Assembly: GCA_030753015.1 (NCBI GenBank)
Contig: JASMDC010000016.1
Coordinates: 1-64,000, forward strand
Length of the DNA stretch: 64,000 nt
Direction: 5' to 3'
DNA from: Candidatus Undinarchaeales archaeon
GTDB lineage: Archaea; SpSt-1190; JASMDC01
Part shown: positions 9,393-18,584 of the stretch, piece after piece
How positions within the stretch are numbered: the stretch's first letter is position 1
How the letters are laid out: every line of letters starts with the position of its first letter
Translations under genes and position numbers: made by a program
Notes under the pieces: model-generated
Seen by the model: the letters and a program-made list of their open reading frames with translations, nothing else
The model's database searches: none
What the model was told of the DNA's origin: nothing

Positions 9393-10361
9393 GTGTCCGG
9401 CCGACGTGACCTGCTCATGAGGGCATATGCAGCGACAAAAAACCTCTCACTTGAGAATCCCGCCTACGAGCGCTGGGCCCGGGTGTTCACGTTCGATACC
9501 TATACATCCGATGTCGGTGGTGGGGACATAACTGTCAACAGCGTGCTCGGGGGCCTCGCCCGGACAGGCAGAGCTCTCGTCACATCGCGAGAGGAAGGGG
9601 TCGTAGCAGGTATCCGCGAAGCGTCGTGGTTCCTTCGCGAGGTCGGTGTGGACGTGGAGACCCGTGTCGACGATGGAGGGCGTGTCAATCCAGGAGACAC
9701 CTTAATGTCGCTCGAGGGTCCTGCCGAGCTCCTCCTCAAGACTGAACGGACGCAACTCAACCTCGTTCAACGCATGTCGGGTATCGCGACACGCACAGCC
9801 CACCTCATCGACTTGGTGAATGGGGCGGATATCGACTGTGCAATCGCCGCTACAAGGAAGACTCCATGGCCGATGCTCGACAAGCGCGCTGTAGTAATGG
9901 GTGGAGGAGTGAGCCATCGTCTCGGGCTGGGGGACGCGATCCTCATCAAGGAGAACCACCTTGCAGAGCTGGTTTCCCAGGGTGTCCAGAAGCCCATCAC
10001 AGAAGCCCTCCACCGTGCATGGAGAGCACGTGAGCGGGTGCGCTTCATCGAGATCGAGACGACCACCAGGAAAGAGGTCCTTGAGGCGGCGAGATGTATT
10101 AATACGCTGCAGAATGGTGCTAACACGATACCCTGTGTAATCATGTTGGACAACTTCTTGCCAGATGATGCGATCGCAATAATCACCGAGCTCGAGGATG
10201 AAGGTCTTAGAGAGAGCGTCCTGCTCGAAGGGAGCGGTAACATCAACGAGTCTAACCTCCTCAAGCATGCTGCAACCGGTGTCGACGTGGTCTCTATGGG
10301 TGCTCTCACTCACTCACCACGAGCTCTTGACATACATCAGCTGAACAAGGGCTGTGATTAA
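9393..10361 (+). CDS. nadC: Nicotinate-nucleotide pyrophosphorylase (QAPRTase); GTG start approximate
   Basis: GDIT, ER..LN...RMSGIAT, TRKT, HRLGLGDAILIKENH, IMLDN, SMGALTHS. Confidence 0.95.
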   Translation: MSGRRDLLMRAYAATKNLSLENPAYERWARVFTFDTYTSDVGGGDITVNSVLGGLARTGRALVTSREEGVVAGIREASWFLREVGVDVETRVDDGGRVNPGDTLMSLEGPAELLLKTERTQLNLVQRMSGIATRTAHLIDLVNGADIDCAIAATRKTPWPMLDKRAVVMGGGVSHRLGLGDAILIKENHLAELVSQGVQKPITEALHRAWRARERVRFIEIETTTRKEVLEAARCINTLQNGANTIPCVIMLDNFLPDDAIAIITELEDEGLRESVLLEGSGNINESNLLKHAATGVDVVSMGALTHSPRALDIHQLNKGCD

Positions 10362-11926
10362 TGAAGAGTTTCGACATTGTAGTGATCGGCTCGGGCGTGG
10401 CAGGCCTGTACTTTTCTCTTCATGCTGCAGAGCATGGCTCTGTGGGAATCATCACCAAGAAGGAATTGATGGAGTCCAACACCAACTACGCTCAGGGTGG
10501 GATCGCTGCAGTAATAGATACAGCGACCGACAGTCCAGATCTCCACATTAAGGATACTCTTGAAGCGGGTGCCGGTCTCTGCGACGTCTCGAACGTCAAT
10601 CACCTCGTCGAGGAGGGACCAATCCACATACGTCGCCTTGTCGAGATGGGCGTGGGCTTCAACCGGGACCATGGTCACTTCTCCCTTGGTTTGGAAGGCG
10701 GTCATTCCGCACGCCGCATCGTGTTTGCGCGTGATGCAACGGGGAAAGCCGTCGAAAGGGCACTTGTGTTCAACGAGCGGAGGACCGAGAACGTCACTGC
10801 TTTTGAGTCGATGGTCGCGATGGACCTCATCGTTGATAGAGGACGCTGTATCGGCGTCATGTGCCTCGATCGCGAGAACGGAAATGTTGAGGCTTTCTTT
10901 GCCAAAGCGGTCGTGCTCGCGACCGGTGGTCTCGGCCAGGTATATGTCAACACCACGAACCCACGCATTGCCTCCGGGGACGGCATTGCCATGGCGTACC
11001 GCGCTGGTGCTGTGATGCAGGATATGGAGTTCGTCCAGTTCCACCCCACAACACTTGATAAAAGGTACAAACCACACTTTCTCATTTCAGAAGCGGTACG
11101 TGGTGAGGGGGGAGTGCTCATCAATTCCAAGGGCGAGCGTTTCATGCACAGGTACCATCCATCCAAAGACCTCGCTCCACGAGATGTCGTTGCACGTGCC
11201 ATCCTTGGCGAGCGTAAGTCCGGCCCTGTCTACCTCGATATCTCCAAACGTCCCTCAAGGTTCATCAGGGAACGCTTCGCCTCAATCTTCGACCAATTAT
11301 GGTGGTACGGCGTACGAATGGACAGGGAGCCGATACCCGTCTCACCTGCCGCGCATTACTGTTGTGGTGGAGTACGTGTCGACGATCATGGGCGTACTTC
11401 ACTAGAAGGGCTCTATGCCCTTGGTGAGACCGCGTGTACAGGCGTTCACGGAGCGAACAGGCTCGCGTCGAACTCCCTCCTAGAATGTCTGGTTTATAGC
11501 GCTCGTGCGGTGAGCGTCGTTACCGAGGACATGCGCAAGACCCAATCTCATGAAACAGAGGTCCCCAAGCGTCCAATATCTCCTGAACGAGCGGATGTAC
11601 GGCGGATTCGTCGAAGTGTCCGCTCCATGATGTGGCGGAACGTTGGAATCGTGAGGTCCGTACCCGGGATGAAGAGGACGATAAAGACGCTGAACGATTT
11701 GAATGAACGCGTGCAGTCCCTGCTGAAAGAAGGTGTGAACGTACCTCTCCTCGAACTGAGAAACATAGTGGAGGCTGCACGTCTAATCACGACGGCAGCA
11801 ATAATGAGGCGAGAGAGCAGAGGCGTACATTACGTGAAGGAGCTCCCGGAACGCAATGATGAACGATGGCGATGCCACATTCTCCTTAGGCAAGACTATG
11901 ATCCCATATGCCAACCGGTCGAGTAG
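10361..11926 (+). CDS. nadB: L-aspartate oxidase
   Basis: GSGVAG, AQGGIA, EGGHSARRI, QFHPT, SEAVRGEG, LAPRDVV, HGANRLASNSL; operon with nadA and nadC. Confidence 0.95.
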   Translation: MKSFDIVVIGSGVAGLYFSLHAAEHGSVGIITKKELMESNTNYAQGGIAAVIDTATDSPDLHIKDTLEAGAGLCDVSNVNHLVEEGPIHIRRLVEMGVGFNRDHGHFSLGLEGGHSARRIVFARDATGKAVERALVFNERRTENVTAFESMVAMDLIVDRGRCIGVMCLDRENGNVEAFFAKAVVLATGGLGQVYVNTTNPRIASGDGIAMAYRAGAVMQDMEFVQFHPTTLDKRYKPHFLISEAVRGEGGVLINSKGERFMHRYHPSKDLAPRDVVARAILGERKSGPVYLDISKRPSRFIRERFASIFDQLWWYGVRMDREPIPVSPAAHYCCGGVRVDDHGRTSLEGLYALGETACTGVHGANRLASNSLLECLVYSARAVSVVTEDMRKTQSHETEVPKRPISPERADVRRIRRSVRSMMWRNVGIVRSVPGMKRTIKTLNDLNERVQSLLKEGVNVPLLELRNIVEAARLITTAAIMRRESRGVHYVKELPERNDERWRCHILLRQDYDPICQPVE

Positions 11927-11934
11927 ATAGAGCC

Positions 11935-12654
11935 CTAATCACGAGAGAATATGCTCACACGCTGGTTAACCTCGACCTCGTCCAAGGCGTCGGACATGTC
12001 CTCGAGGACGGTACCGATGTCCTTGATGAAAGTGTAATCTGGGACTGAGAGCTCATCATGGAGCATGAGCGCCTCAATGAACTCAATATAGAGCTCATCG
12101 ATCAGTTCCTCGAAACCTGAGACCTTCTTGCTCAACTCCTCCATGGTCGAAAGTTGCTCATGCTCCTTGAGCTCCAAGTAGAGCGTATCGGTCGTTTGTG
12201 TGAGCACTTCGACCATGCTTATGATCTTTTCTTGGACTTCTGGAGGGAAGTGTACGTTCTTTCCCACCTTGAGGAGTCTCGCGACGAACTCTACGTAATC
12301 CACAACCTCCTCCATCTTGAACAGAAGGCGCAGGAGATCTTCCTTCTCGTTGGCGGCGACGTCATCTAACGATCTAATATCATCATGGATACGGTTGAAG
12401 AGTCGGTCAACTTCCTTCTCGATCGCTAGGATACGGTCCATTTCATTGTCTATACTCTTTCCCTCGAAGTAGTGAGAGAAGAGTGGTCTTAGGAGAGTGA
12501 CGGTCTGGTCCAGTCGTTCAGCGAAACTGTCAAAGTCGTTTCTGAGTGTTGAATAGGTACTCTTGTTCATCCAGAAGAAGATCGAGTTGGGATTGATGAG
12601 CTTGACAGCACGCCGCATTTCATTTGCAGATACATTTTCCTTTATAAATTGCAT
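11935..12654 (-). CDS. DUF47/PhoU-like phosphate transport regulator (start uncertain)
   Basis: Duplicated helical E-x-E-x-D ... E..D..E/D motifs (IEKEVD, EEVVDY, FEELID, LEDMSD). Confidence 0.65.
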   Translation of the reverse strand: MQFIKENVSANEMRRAVKLINPNSIFFWMNKSTYSTLRNDFDSFAERLDQTVTLLRPLFSHYFEGKSIDNEMDRILAIEKEVDRLFNRIHDDIRSLDDVAANEKEDLLRLLFKMEEVVDYVEFVARLLKVGKNVHFPPEVQEKIISMVEVLTQTTDTLYLELKEHEQLSTMEELSKKVSGFEELIDELYIEFIEALMLHDELSVPDYTFIKDIGTVLEDMSDALDEVEVNQRVSIFSRD

Positions 12655-12681
12655 CCTTGCCCCACCAGGCAACCTAAAGAT

Positions 12682-12987
12682 TCACTCTATATCATTGACC
12701 TCTTTTAGCACGAGAGGGGTTGATGGTAGGTTCTGCCCAACGACCTTCTTAGCAATCTTGACGGCATGGTCCTCGCTCATCGCATTGAAAACCTTCAGTG
12801 AGAAATTGATAGCTACTAGTCCCGTATTAGCGACGATAACAGGCTCGCCCTCAATGGACACCTCCACGAAGCTGGCACTCTTGTTCAGAAGCCTCGATGT
12901 AAGCGAAAGCGCCTTGTTGATGGTCTCCTCCTCTCCATCAACACCCCGCACCACGATGGCGCCTTGTAGTATAACGTGATAGTTCAT
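12682..12987 (-). CDS. UPF0212/DUF555 family protein
   Basis: Y.V.L...I.VR.V...E..IN.A and GLV.....KVFNA.SEDHA..IAK.VVG patterns; GGAGG RBS. Confidence 0.75.
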   Translation of the reverse strand: MNYHVILQGAIVVRGVDGEEETINKALSLTSRLLNKSASFVEVSIEGEPVIVANTGLVAINFSLKVFNAMSEDHAVKIAKKVVGQNLPSTPLVLKEVNDIE

Positions 12988-13089
12988 CTCGTCACGCCTC
13001 CCCCAAGGGAACCCCTCGCAGTATAATTAAGGTCTCGGACCCATAAAAACATTACTCTTTACTACGCCCCTCATTCCTTATCGCGGTCA

Positions 13090-13470
13090 TTACGGTGTGT
13101 TCTTTTCCCGTTTACCCTCTTCGTTCTCATCATTATCGTCCTTCTCAGCGATATCGGCCTTAAGGCCGAATCCGCCCTTGAGGAAGAACAGGGCACCGAG
13201 CATGTATGACACAAGGGCAAGGAAGGCAAAGACGGTCCCGAGGAATGCATCCTCAGCATATAGGATATTGAGATAGGCGAAGACAGGGATGACGAGCATG
13301 CATCCTGCCCCGAGGGTTATCCAGAAGTACCGTCCATAGTACTCCTTCCATACCTGATAGTAATAGACGATGACGACGACCCAGCTGAACATACCAAGAA
13401 GGAGCGTAAGAGTGAATAGGAAGAGACTGTCGCTTTGAGTTATCATATTGGCTGGGAGCACCATGAACAT
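13090..13470 (-). CDS. Hypothetical membrane protein (3-4 TM)
   Basis: Hydrophobic helices with a charged C-terminal tail; TTTATAAA box at 13491-13498. Confidence 0.65.
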   Translation of the reverse strand: MFMVLPANMITQSDSLFLFTLTLLLGMFSWVVVIVYYYQVWKEYYGRYFWITLGAGCMLVIPVFAYLNILYAEDAFLGTVFAFLALVSYMLGALFFLKGGFGLKADIAEKDDNDENEEGKREKNTP

Positions 13471-13518
13471 GACCACGATTGCATTCAATATTTATAAACC
13501 CGTATTCTATGGACCAAT

Positions 13519-14073
13519 TCATCCGCCCTTCTTCGAAGGTTTCTCGACCGGCTTCTTCTCTGTAGAGGACGTCTTCTTACTCTCCGCTTTCTTCTTGGGC
13601 GCCACTTCCTTAGCAGGGGCCTCTTCCTTCTTCGTACCTTGAGGAACCGCTTTCTTGGAGATGAAGTAGATTGGTACCTCGGGTGTCATGACTTCCTCTC
13701 CGATAACATGGCAATCGAAGGCCTTGAGCGCATCAGGGGTCACTATGAACCATAGAGCTTTTCTCTTGTTCTTCAGCAGCACCCGGTCAGTTGTGGTTAT
13801 CTTACAGAGCTTGCGGTGAGTGTGATATTCACCGACGACGTCCAGCTCACGTTGCTCGGCCATTTGGATTGCACGCTCAGTGCCCTCTTTCTCCGGGATG
13901 AGATGATGATGCCACTGATCGGCAGTGTTCCGAATGTTGATTATATCATTGATGATGATCCGGTTCTCGGTCTCCTTCCCAACGACAATCCCGCACCGCA
14001 CTTTACGCCGCATTTTATCAGCTTCTTCAAGCATCTTAGCAGCGGCCTGCTTATGCATGTACAGGGTCTTCAT
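13519..14073 (-). CDS. JAB/MPN (Mov34) domain protein with Lys-rich tail
   Basis: CGIVVG strand and VVGEYHTH...TTTD JAMM-like motif. Confidence 0.75.
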   Translation of the reverse strand: MKTLYMHKQAAAKMLEEADKMRRKVRCGIVVGKETENRIIINDIINIRNTADQWHHHLIPEKEGTERAIQMAEQRELDVVGEYHTHRKLCKITTTDRVLLKNKRKALWFIVTPDALKAFDCHVIGEEVMTPEVPIYFISKKAVPQGTKKEEAPAKEVAPKKKAESKKTSSTEKKPVEKPSKKGG

Positions 14074-14109
14074 CCTGTACGTGTAGGACTCTTTGTTGCA
14101 TTATAAAGG

Positions 14110-15987
14110 TTACGGCTTTCCCGGAATCGTGGAACGAGGACACAGGACAGCGAACACACGGTAGCCGTTCTGTTGGTAGACTTCTTCGAACACGGGAGCG
14201 GGGGTGCCATCCTGCGGCCGAAGGTAGGCATAATCTACATTGTACCGGTTGAGGATATCACAGTCCCCTGCGAGCATGCTCTTGGTATCTCGCCACTCCT
14301 GATCATAATCAAGACCATGACTGGAGAGCCACCCATTGTAGCCAATGAACGTTCGTCGGCCAGCCAGCGAAGTAATGGCATTATTGTGGTGGATATGCCC
14401 TTTGAAGCCCGCGTCGGCGCAGAACACGGCATCTGGTGGAGTGTTATCCCGGACCCACTCAGCTACCGCAATGGCATCATCAGAGAAAAGGAGGGATGTA
14501 CTCCCGAACATCGGTGTGAGGAAGAGTACGCTCGAGGCGAACAATGGAATTAGAATAAGACCCCCCAAGGGGCTCCATCGCATCGGGCGCTCAGCTCCCG
14601 CACAGATGGCAGGGAGAGATCCAATAAGCCAACAGAGCACTAGCTTGGAATTATCCCATTCCCATGGTTGGAGGATAACGACGTTGGTGATGAGCAACAG
14701 CGGTGCTGTCGCGACAACAAGGATGAGCGCTTTACGCGGAAGATGATAGAGACCGATGAGATACGTCAAGAGGATGACTCCGAGGTTCTTGCACCAGAAC
14801 CAGATGACATCATTGGCCGTAGCCCCTTCGTCGACCATCCACCACCATTGCTGACGAATAAAACCCTCCTGTGAGAACTGACCTGACATAGAGACTACCT
14901 GAGGTGTCGCTAGTAGAATGACTGGCAAGACGAACAACAGAGCATCCTCCATCCCGCTGCGGTCCCGCACATGGATCAATGCGAATCCGACGGCGACCAC
15001 GGATATGGAGAGGAATGAGTGTGCATGGAAGAGCGGGAGGAGTCCGGCCATCAATCCTGCAAGCGCAAAGTGTCGTCGACGATTGTACCGGGTCAGAGAA
15101 ATCCCCCGCACCAAGAGGAGGAGGACCGCTGAGAATACTGAGAGACCGATGAGAGTCGTACGCTGCGGAAGGAGGAACGCCCAGGTCGTATTATGAAGAT
15201 GGTAGCCCGCTTGACCGAGCTCACCATCCGAGAAGGTCTTGAACATGATGGCGTGAAGGAACTGGAGACCTCCCGCGAAGAAGAACACGGGCGGGGCAAG
15301 GTCTGCGGCTCTGTTCTCACCGAGAGCCTCACGTACCAAGGCATAGACCAAGGTGGCAAGACATGCATAGAGGAGGATGTTCGGCAAAAGAACGGCAGAC
15401 CGTAGGGAGGCTCCGAGATTCACGAGCACTGCTGAGACAAAATCGATCATGAATGGATAGTGGGCCGGTACCGAAGGCATAATGGGGTATACGGGCGGCA
15501 GGTTCGCTCCGTGGGCGATCGACGTAATGAACGCTAAATGGATGGGAAGGTCACCCCAGACTGGATGAATTGAATGGAGACCTCCGGATCCCTGACTGAG
15601 GAACACCCTTGACGAGATAAAATATAGCGGTGCGAGCACGACAAAGAGAGAGACACGGTAGGATAACGGGTATGACGGAGCGTCATTCGTCCATCGCGAA
15701 AAGCGTAGGGAGATAAGGGCGAGCACGGACACGGTAAGGAAGGACAAACCGGGTGCGAGTCCCTCGTTCACAAGGGCGACGATGTAGATGACCGGACCAA
15801 CAACAAGTACTCCGAGCACGAAGGCGAGGCAGCCACGGGCCTCCGAAGTCAGACCGTCCAACCGCGAGACTGGTCCGAATCCAACGACCATCACGAATGC
15901 AAGGAACAGCACATCGACGAGCACAGAACGGACTCGTGGATTAACAATAAAAATGGATGGTGAGCGCTTCAGAGCTCCCCCGACCAT
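14110..15987 (-). CDS. Polytopic GT-C-like glycosyltransferase with C-terminal extracellular domain
   Basis: WGDLPIH luminal Asp loop, YPFMIDF, many TMs, C-terminal EWVRDNTPPDAVF...RYNVDY domain. Confidence 0.7.
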   Translation of the reverse strand: MVGGALKRSPSIFIVNPRVRSVLVDVLFLAFVMVVGFGPVSRLDGLTSEARGCLAFVLGVLVVGPVIYIVALVNEGLAPGLSFLTVSVLALISLRFSRWTNDAPSYPLSYRVSLFVVLAPLYFISSRVFLSQGSGGLHSIHPVWGDLPIHLAFITSIAHGANLPPVYPIMPSVPAHYPFMIDFVSAVLVNLGASLRSAVLLPNILLYACLATLVYALVREALGENRAADLAPPVFFFAGGLQFLHAIMFKTFSDGELGQAGYHLHNTTWAFLLPQRTTLIGLSVFSAVLLLLVRGISLTRYNRRRHFALAGLMAGLLPLFHAHSFLSISVVAVGFALIHVRDRSGMEDALLFVLPVILLATPQVVSMSGQFSQEGFIRQQWWWMVDEGATANDVIWFWCKNLGVILLTYLIGLYHLPRKALILVVATAPLLLITNVVILQPWEWDNSKLVLCWLIGSLPAICAGAERPMRWSPLGGLILIPLFASSVLFLTPMFGSTSLLFSDDAIAVAEWVRDNTPPDAVFCADAGFKGHIHHNNAITSLAGRRTFIGYNGWLSSHGLDYDQEWRDTKSMLAGDCDILNRYNVDYAYLRPQDGTPAPVFEEVYQQNGYRVFAVLCPRSTIPGKP

Positions 15988-16634
15988 TCCTTGGAGAGGC
16001 GTTCGAGAAATGATCCCATGTAGTTATGTCGTTCGAGCGCTAGTCGCTGAGCGGATCGTGTGCGGATATCGTCCTTCAACTTGAGGAGCTTCTCATGGAA
16101 ATGGGCCACTGCTGAGCCATCCTGTTGAGTAGGATCGTAGGGCCCGGCCCTGCCACGGTCCCCGGGCTCACCCATGGGCGTATCGTGAGCACCGCTGAAC
16201 ATGAAGCACCGAGCTACACCAATAGCACCCATGGCGTCGAGGTTGTCAGCATCCTGGATGATGATCGCTTCGATGGGGAGCGAGGACCGGATCCCCCGTT
16301 TCGTGAACGAATAGTCCTCGTGATGTGCGATGCAGTACAGCACGTCATCAACATGCTCTATCGGGAATCCCACTTGCTCCAGGATACTGCGTGCCAATGG
16401 GAGCGATTCCTTAGCAGAATGGTAGTGCCCGCTCTCGAGTTCCATGAGCCGGTGGAGGTCGTGAAGGAGCGCTGCTGCCCCCACTATCCTTATGTCCGCG
16501 CCCTCCTCCTCGGCCAACCTTAGCGCGAGCGATGTCACGCGCCTCAGGTGATGGAGGTCATGCCCGGTCGCATCCTGAGCGAACCGTTGGGCGACGATCT
16601 CTTCGATGTCATCGAGGGATTGAGGACGGTCCAT
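15969..16634 (-). CDS. HD-domain phosphohydrolase
   Basis: GHD..H..RV, ALLHD, HH, QDADNLDAMGAIG. Confidence 0.9.
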   Translation of the reverse strand: MDRPQSLDDIEEIVAQRFAQDATGHDLHHLRRVTSLALRLAEEEGADIRIVGAAALLHDLHRLMELESGHYHSAKESLPLARSILEQVGFPIEHVDDVLYCIAHHEDYSFTKRGIRSSLPIEAIIIQDADNLDAMGAIGVARCFMFSGAHDTPMGEPGDRGRAGPYDPTQQDGSAVAHFHEKLLKLKDDIRTRSAQRLALERHNYMGSFLERLSKEWSGEL

Positions 16635-16688
16635 GGACCTCCACCTTCCCCAATCACTTTTTATAGTTTGGTGAACCGGTTCGCGTCG

Positions 16689-17315
16689 ATGCAAGGGAGA
16701 GAGGTCCGTCTTGCTATCAAGGTCTTACTTGTGACGATCGTGCTCTATCTTGCAGTGTTCTACGGTATGAGGGACGCGTACAACAAGAGCAGGCCATGGC
16801 TCGGTGCCGTCGTCAAGCCGGCCGAGATCGACGCGGCACGATGGATGGGTGAGCATCTTCCTGAGAACACCATCGTCAACGGTGACATATTCGGCGGTGA
16901 GATGTACATGGCCGTCGCAGGTGTGCGTAACGGTGTGGGTGGTGATTGGTTCCTCGTGAACGAATCGGATAAATGGATGTGGGACTGCCAGCATATCTTC
17001 ACTACTCATGATGCAAAGAATGCCTGGGAACTGGCCAAGAAACGTCAAATGGCCTACATCGTAGTTCCACCGAATGACCGGGCCATCCATTGTGGATTCG
17101 GGTGGAAGTCCCACTGCCCCCCCGCCAAGGAAGGAGAGGAATGTGTCGATCGGAAGAAATTCTCGGATCCTCAGTTTTTCCAACGTGTCTATGCACGTGA
17201 CGAAGTAGAGATCTTCCGTGTTATCGGTGTCGATGAGGACGCCTGGCCGTTCAAGGAGGGACGCGATCTCGTACCATGGTTTATCGTTCCTGGTGAAGGG
17301 GGCGACCAAATATGA
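16689..17315 (+). CDS. Membrane-anchored stand-alone GT-C/AglB-like extracellular domain
   Basis: N-terminal TM; AEIDAARWM...PENTIV, AYIVV, FQRVY...VEIFRV resemble the C-terminal domain of 14110..15987. Confidence 0.6.
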   Translation: MQGREVRLAIKVLLVTIVLYLAVFYGMRDAYNKSRPWLGAVVKPAEIDAARWMGEHLPENTIVNGDIFGGEMYMAVAGVRNGVGGDWFLVNESDKWMWDCQHIFTTHDAKNAWELAKKRQMAYIVVPPNDRAIHCGFGWKSHCPPAKEGEECVDRKKFSDPQFFQRVYARDEVEIFRVIGVDEDAWPFKEGRDLVPWFIVPGEGGDQI

Positions 17316-18571
17316 GGCCCGCTGACATTTTCGATCATCTCCGGGTTAATTTCGGATCCCTCAAGGGCACATTGGAGCAGTTTTTTGACATGACTGCCGA
17401 ATCCTTGCTCGTTGAAGCCCTCCTTATAGCGACCATCCTGCTCCTCCTACGGACGCTTCTCAATAGCGATAGGAAGGATGTCTCCCTAGAGGACGCTATA
17501 GCCCGTTCCCTCATACCTCTCATCCTTCTCGGTAGCATATGGATGAACTACCAGGGAGTAACCCAGTTCATACTCCCCAACTATGGTAACACTATGTACC
17601 AGCTCGCGTTCTCACGCTTCATCATGGAGCACGGTGAACGTGTGCCCCTTGCACTTGAGTACGGAGGGCTCTCCCGTAACTACTATGTGCCGGGCTTCCG
17701 CGTTCTCATAGGCGTGATGGGTATCGTCCTTTCACAAGATATCGTACCTACTGCACAGATCTTCATGATCCTATTCTCACTTATATTCCCCCTGGTGTTC
17801 TATTCGGTCGGAAAACGGTTGACAGGCCGACCGGCAGGTGGGCTGGCCGTGGCGCTCATGTTCCTCACGGCACCCGAGCTCCAGATCTACGTGGTCCGAC
17901 CGCTCCCTCAGATGCTCGGGCTCTTCTTCATCCCGCTCATAATCTACGCATTCACCCTTTCCTATCCCCTTATGGCCCTCTTCGGATTCATGGTTGGAAT
18001 GATCCATCCACAGTCCATGGCATCTGTCTGCTTCACCCTGGGAATGGCCGCCCTTCTCTACGGTGTCGTGATCATGCGCTCCATTCTCTTTCTCCGTCGT
18101 CCCGTGAGCGGACGTGAGCTCTTCATGTTGATAGGTATCGCTCTGCTTGTCGGAGGACCGTACCTATTGTGGCACCGGCTCCAGGCAGGCACGTTCTCTC
18201 TCGATGTGCTCGCACCGGCCAAGTTCAAGGAGTTCGGTAAATCGCTGGGGATCAGTGACTACCTCGGGACCGGTGAGTTCGTGTTCGCGTTCGGGATCGT
18301 GGGAGCGTACCTTCTCGCACTGGATACTCGTTACGCTCACCCGCGAGGACGTATGCTCGTGCTCGGGTGGGTGCTGGGGACCTTCCTCCTGACAAAGAAC
18401 GAGGTTCTAGGCGTGGGTTCACATACTGAGCGTTTCCTTGCCTTTCTCCAAGAGGCACTGGCAGTGACCTCAGGACTCGTTGCGTATTACCTATGGCGCC
18501 TGCTCGATGACGATGTCGGGCCGGGGCCCACCGAAAAAGGCTTAAAAGGTATAGGACGACCTTCGTTCTAG
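17312..18571 (+). CDS. Polytopic GT-C-like membrane protein lacking the soluble C-terminal domain
   Basis: About 11 TMs, YYVPGF, RPLPQ, HP, ERF motifs; ATGA overlap with the upstream gene. Confidence 0.65.
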   Translation: MRPADIFDHLRVNFGSLKGTLEQFFDMTAESLLVEALLIATILLLLRTLLNSDRKDVSLEDAIARSLIPLILLGSIWMNYQGVTQFILPNYGNTMYQLAFSRFIMEHGERVPLALEYGGLSRNYYVPGFRVLIGVMGIVLSQDIVPTAQIFMILFSLIFPLVFYSVGKRLTGRPAGGLAVALMFLTAPELQIYVVRPLPQMLGLFFIPLIIYAFTLSYPLMALFGFMVGMIHPQSMASVCFTLGMAALLYGVVIMRSILFLRRPVSGRELFMLIGIALLVGGPYLLWHRLQAGTFSLDVLAPAKFKEFGKSLGISDYLGTGEFVFAFGIVGAYLLALDTRYAHPRGRMLVLGWVLGTFLLTKNEVLGVGSHTERFLAFLQEALAVTSGLVAYYLWRLLDDDVGPGPTEKGLKGIGRPSF

Positions 18572-18584
18572 GTAGGATCAGGCC

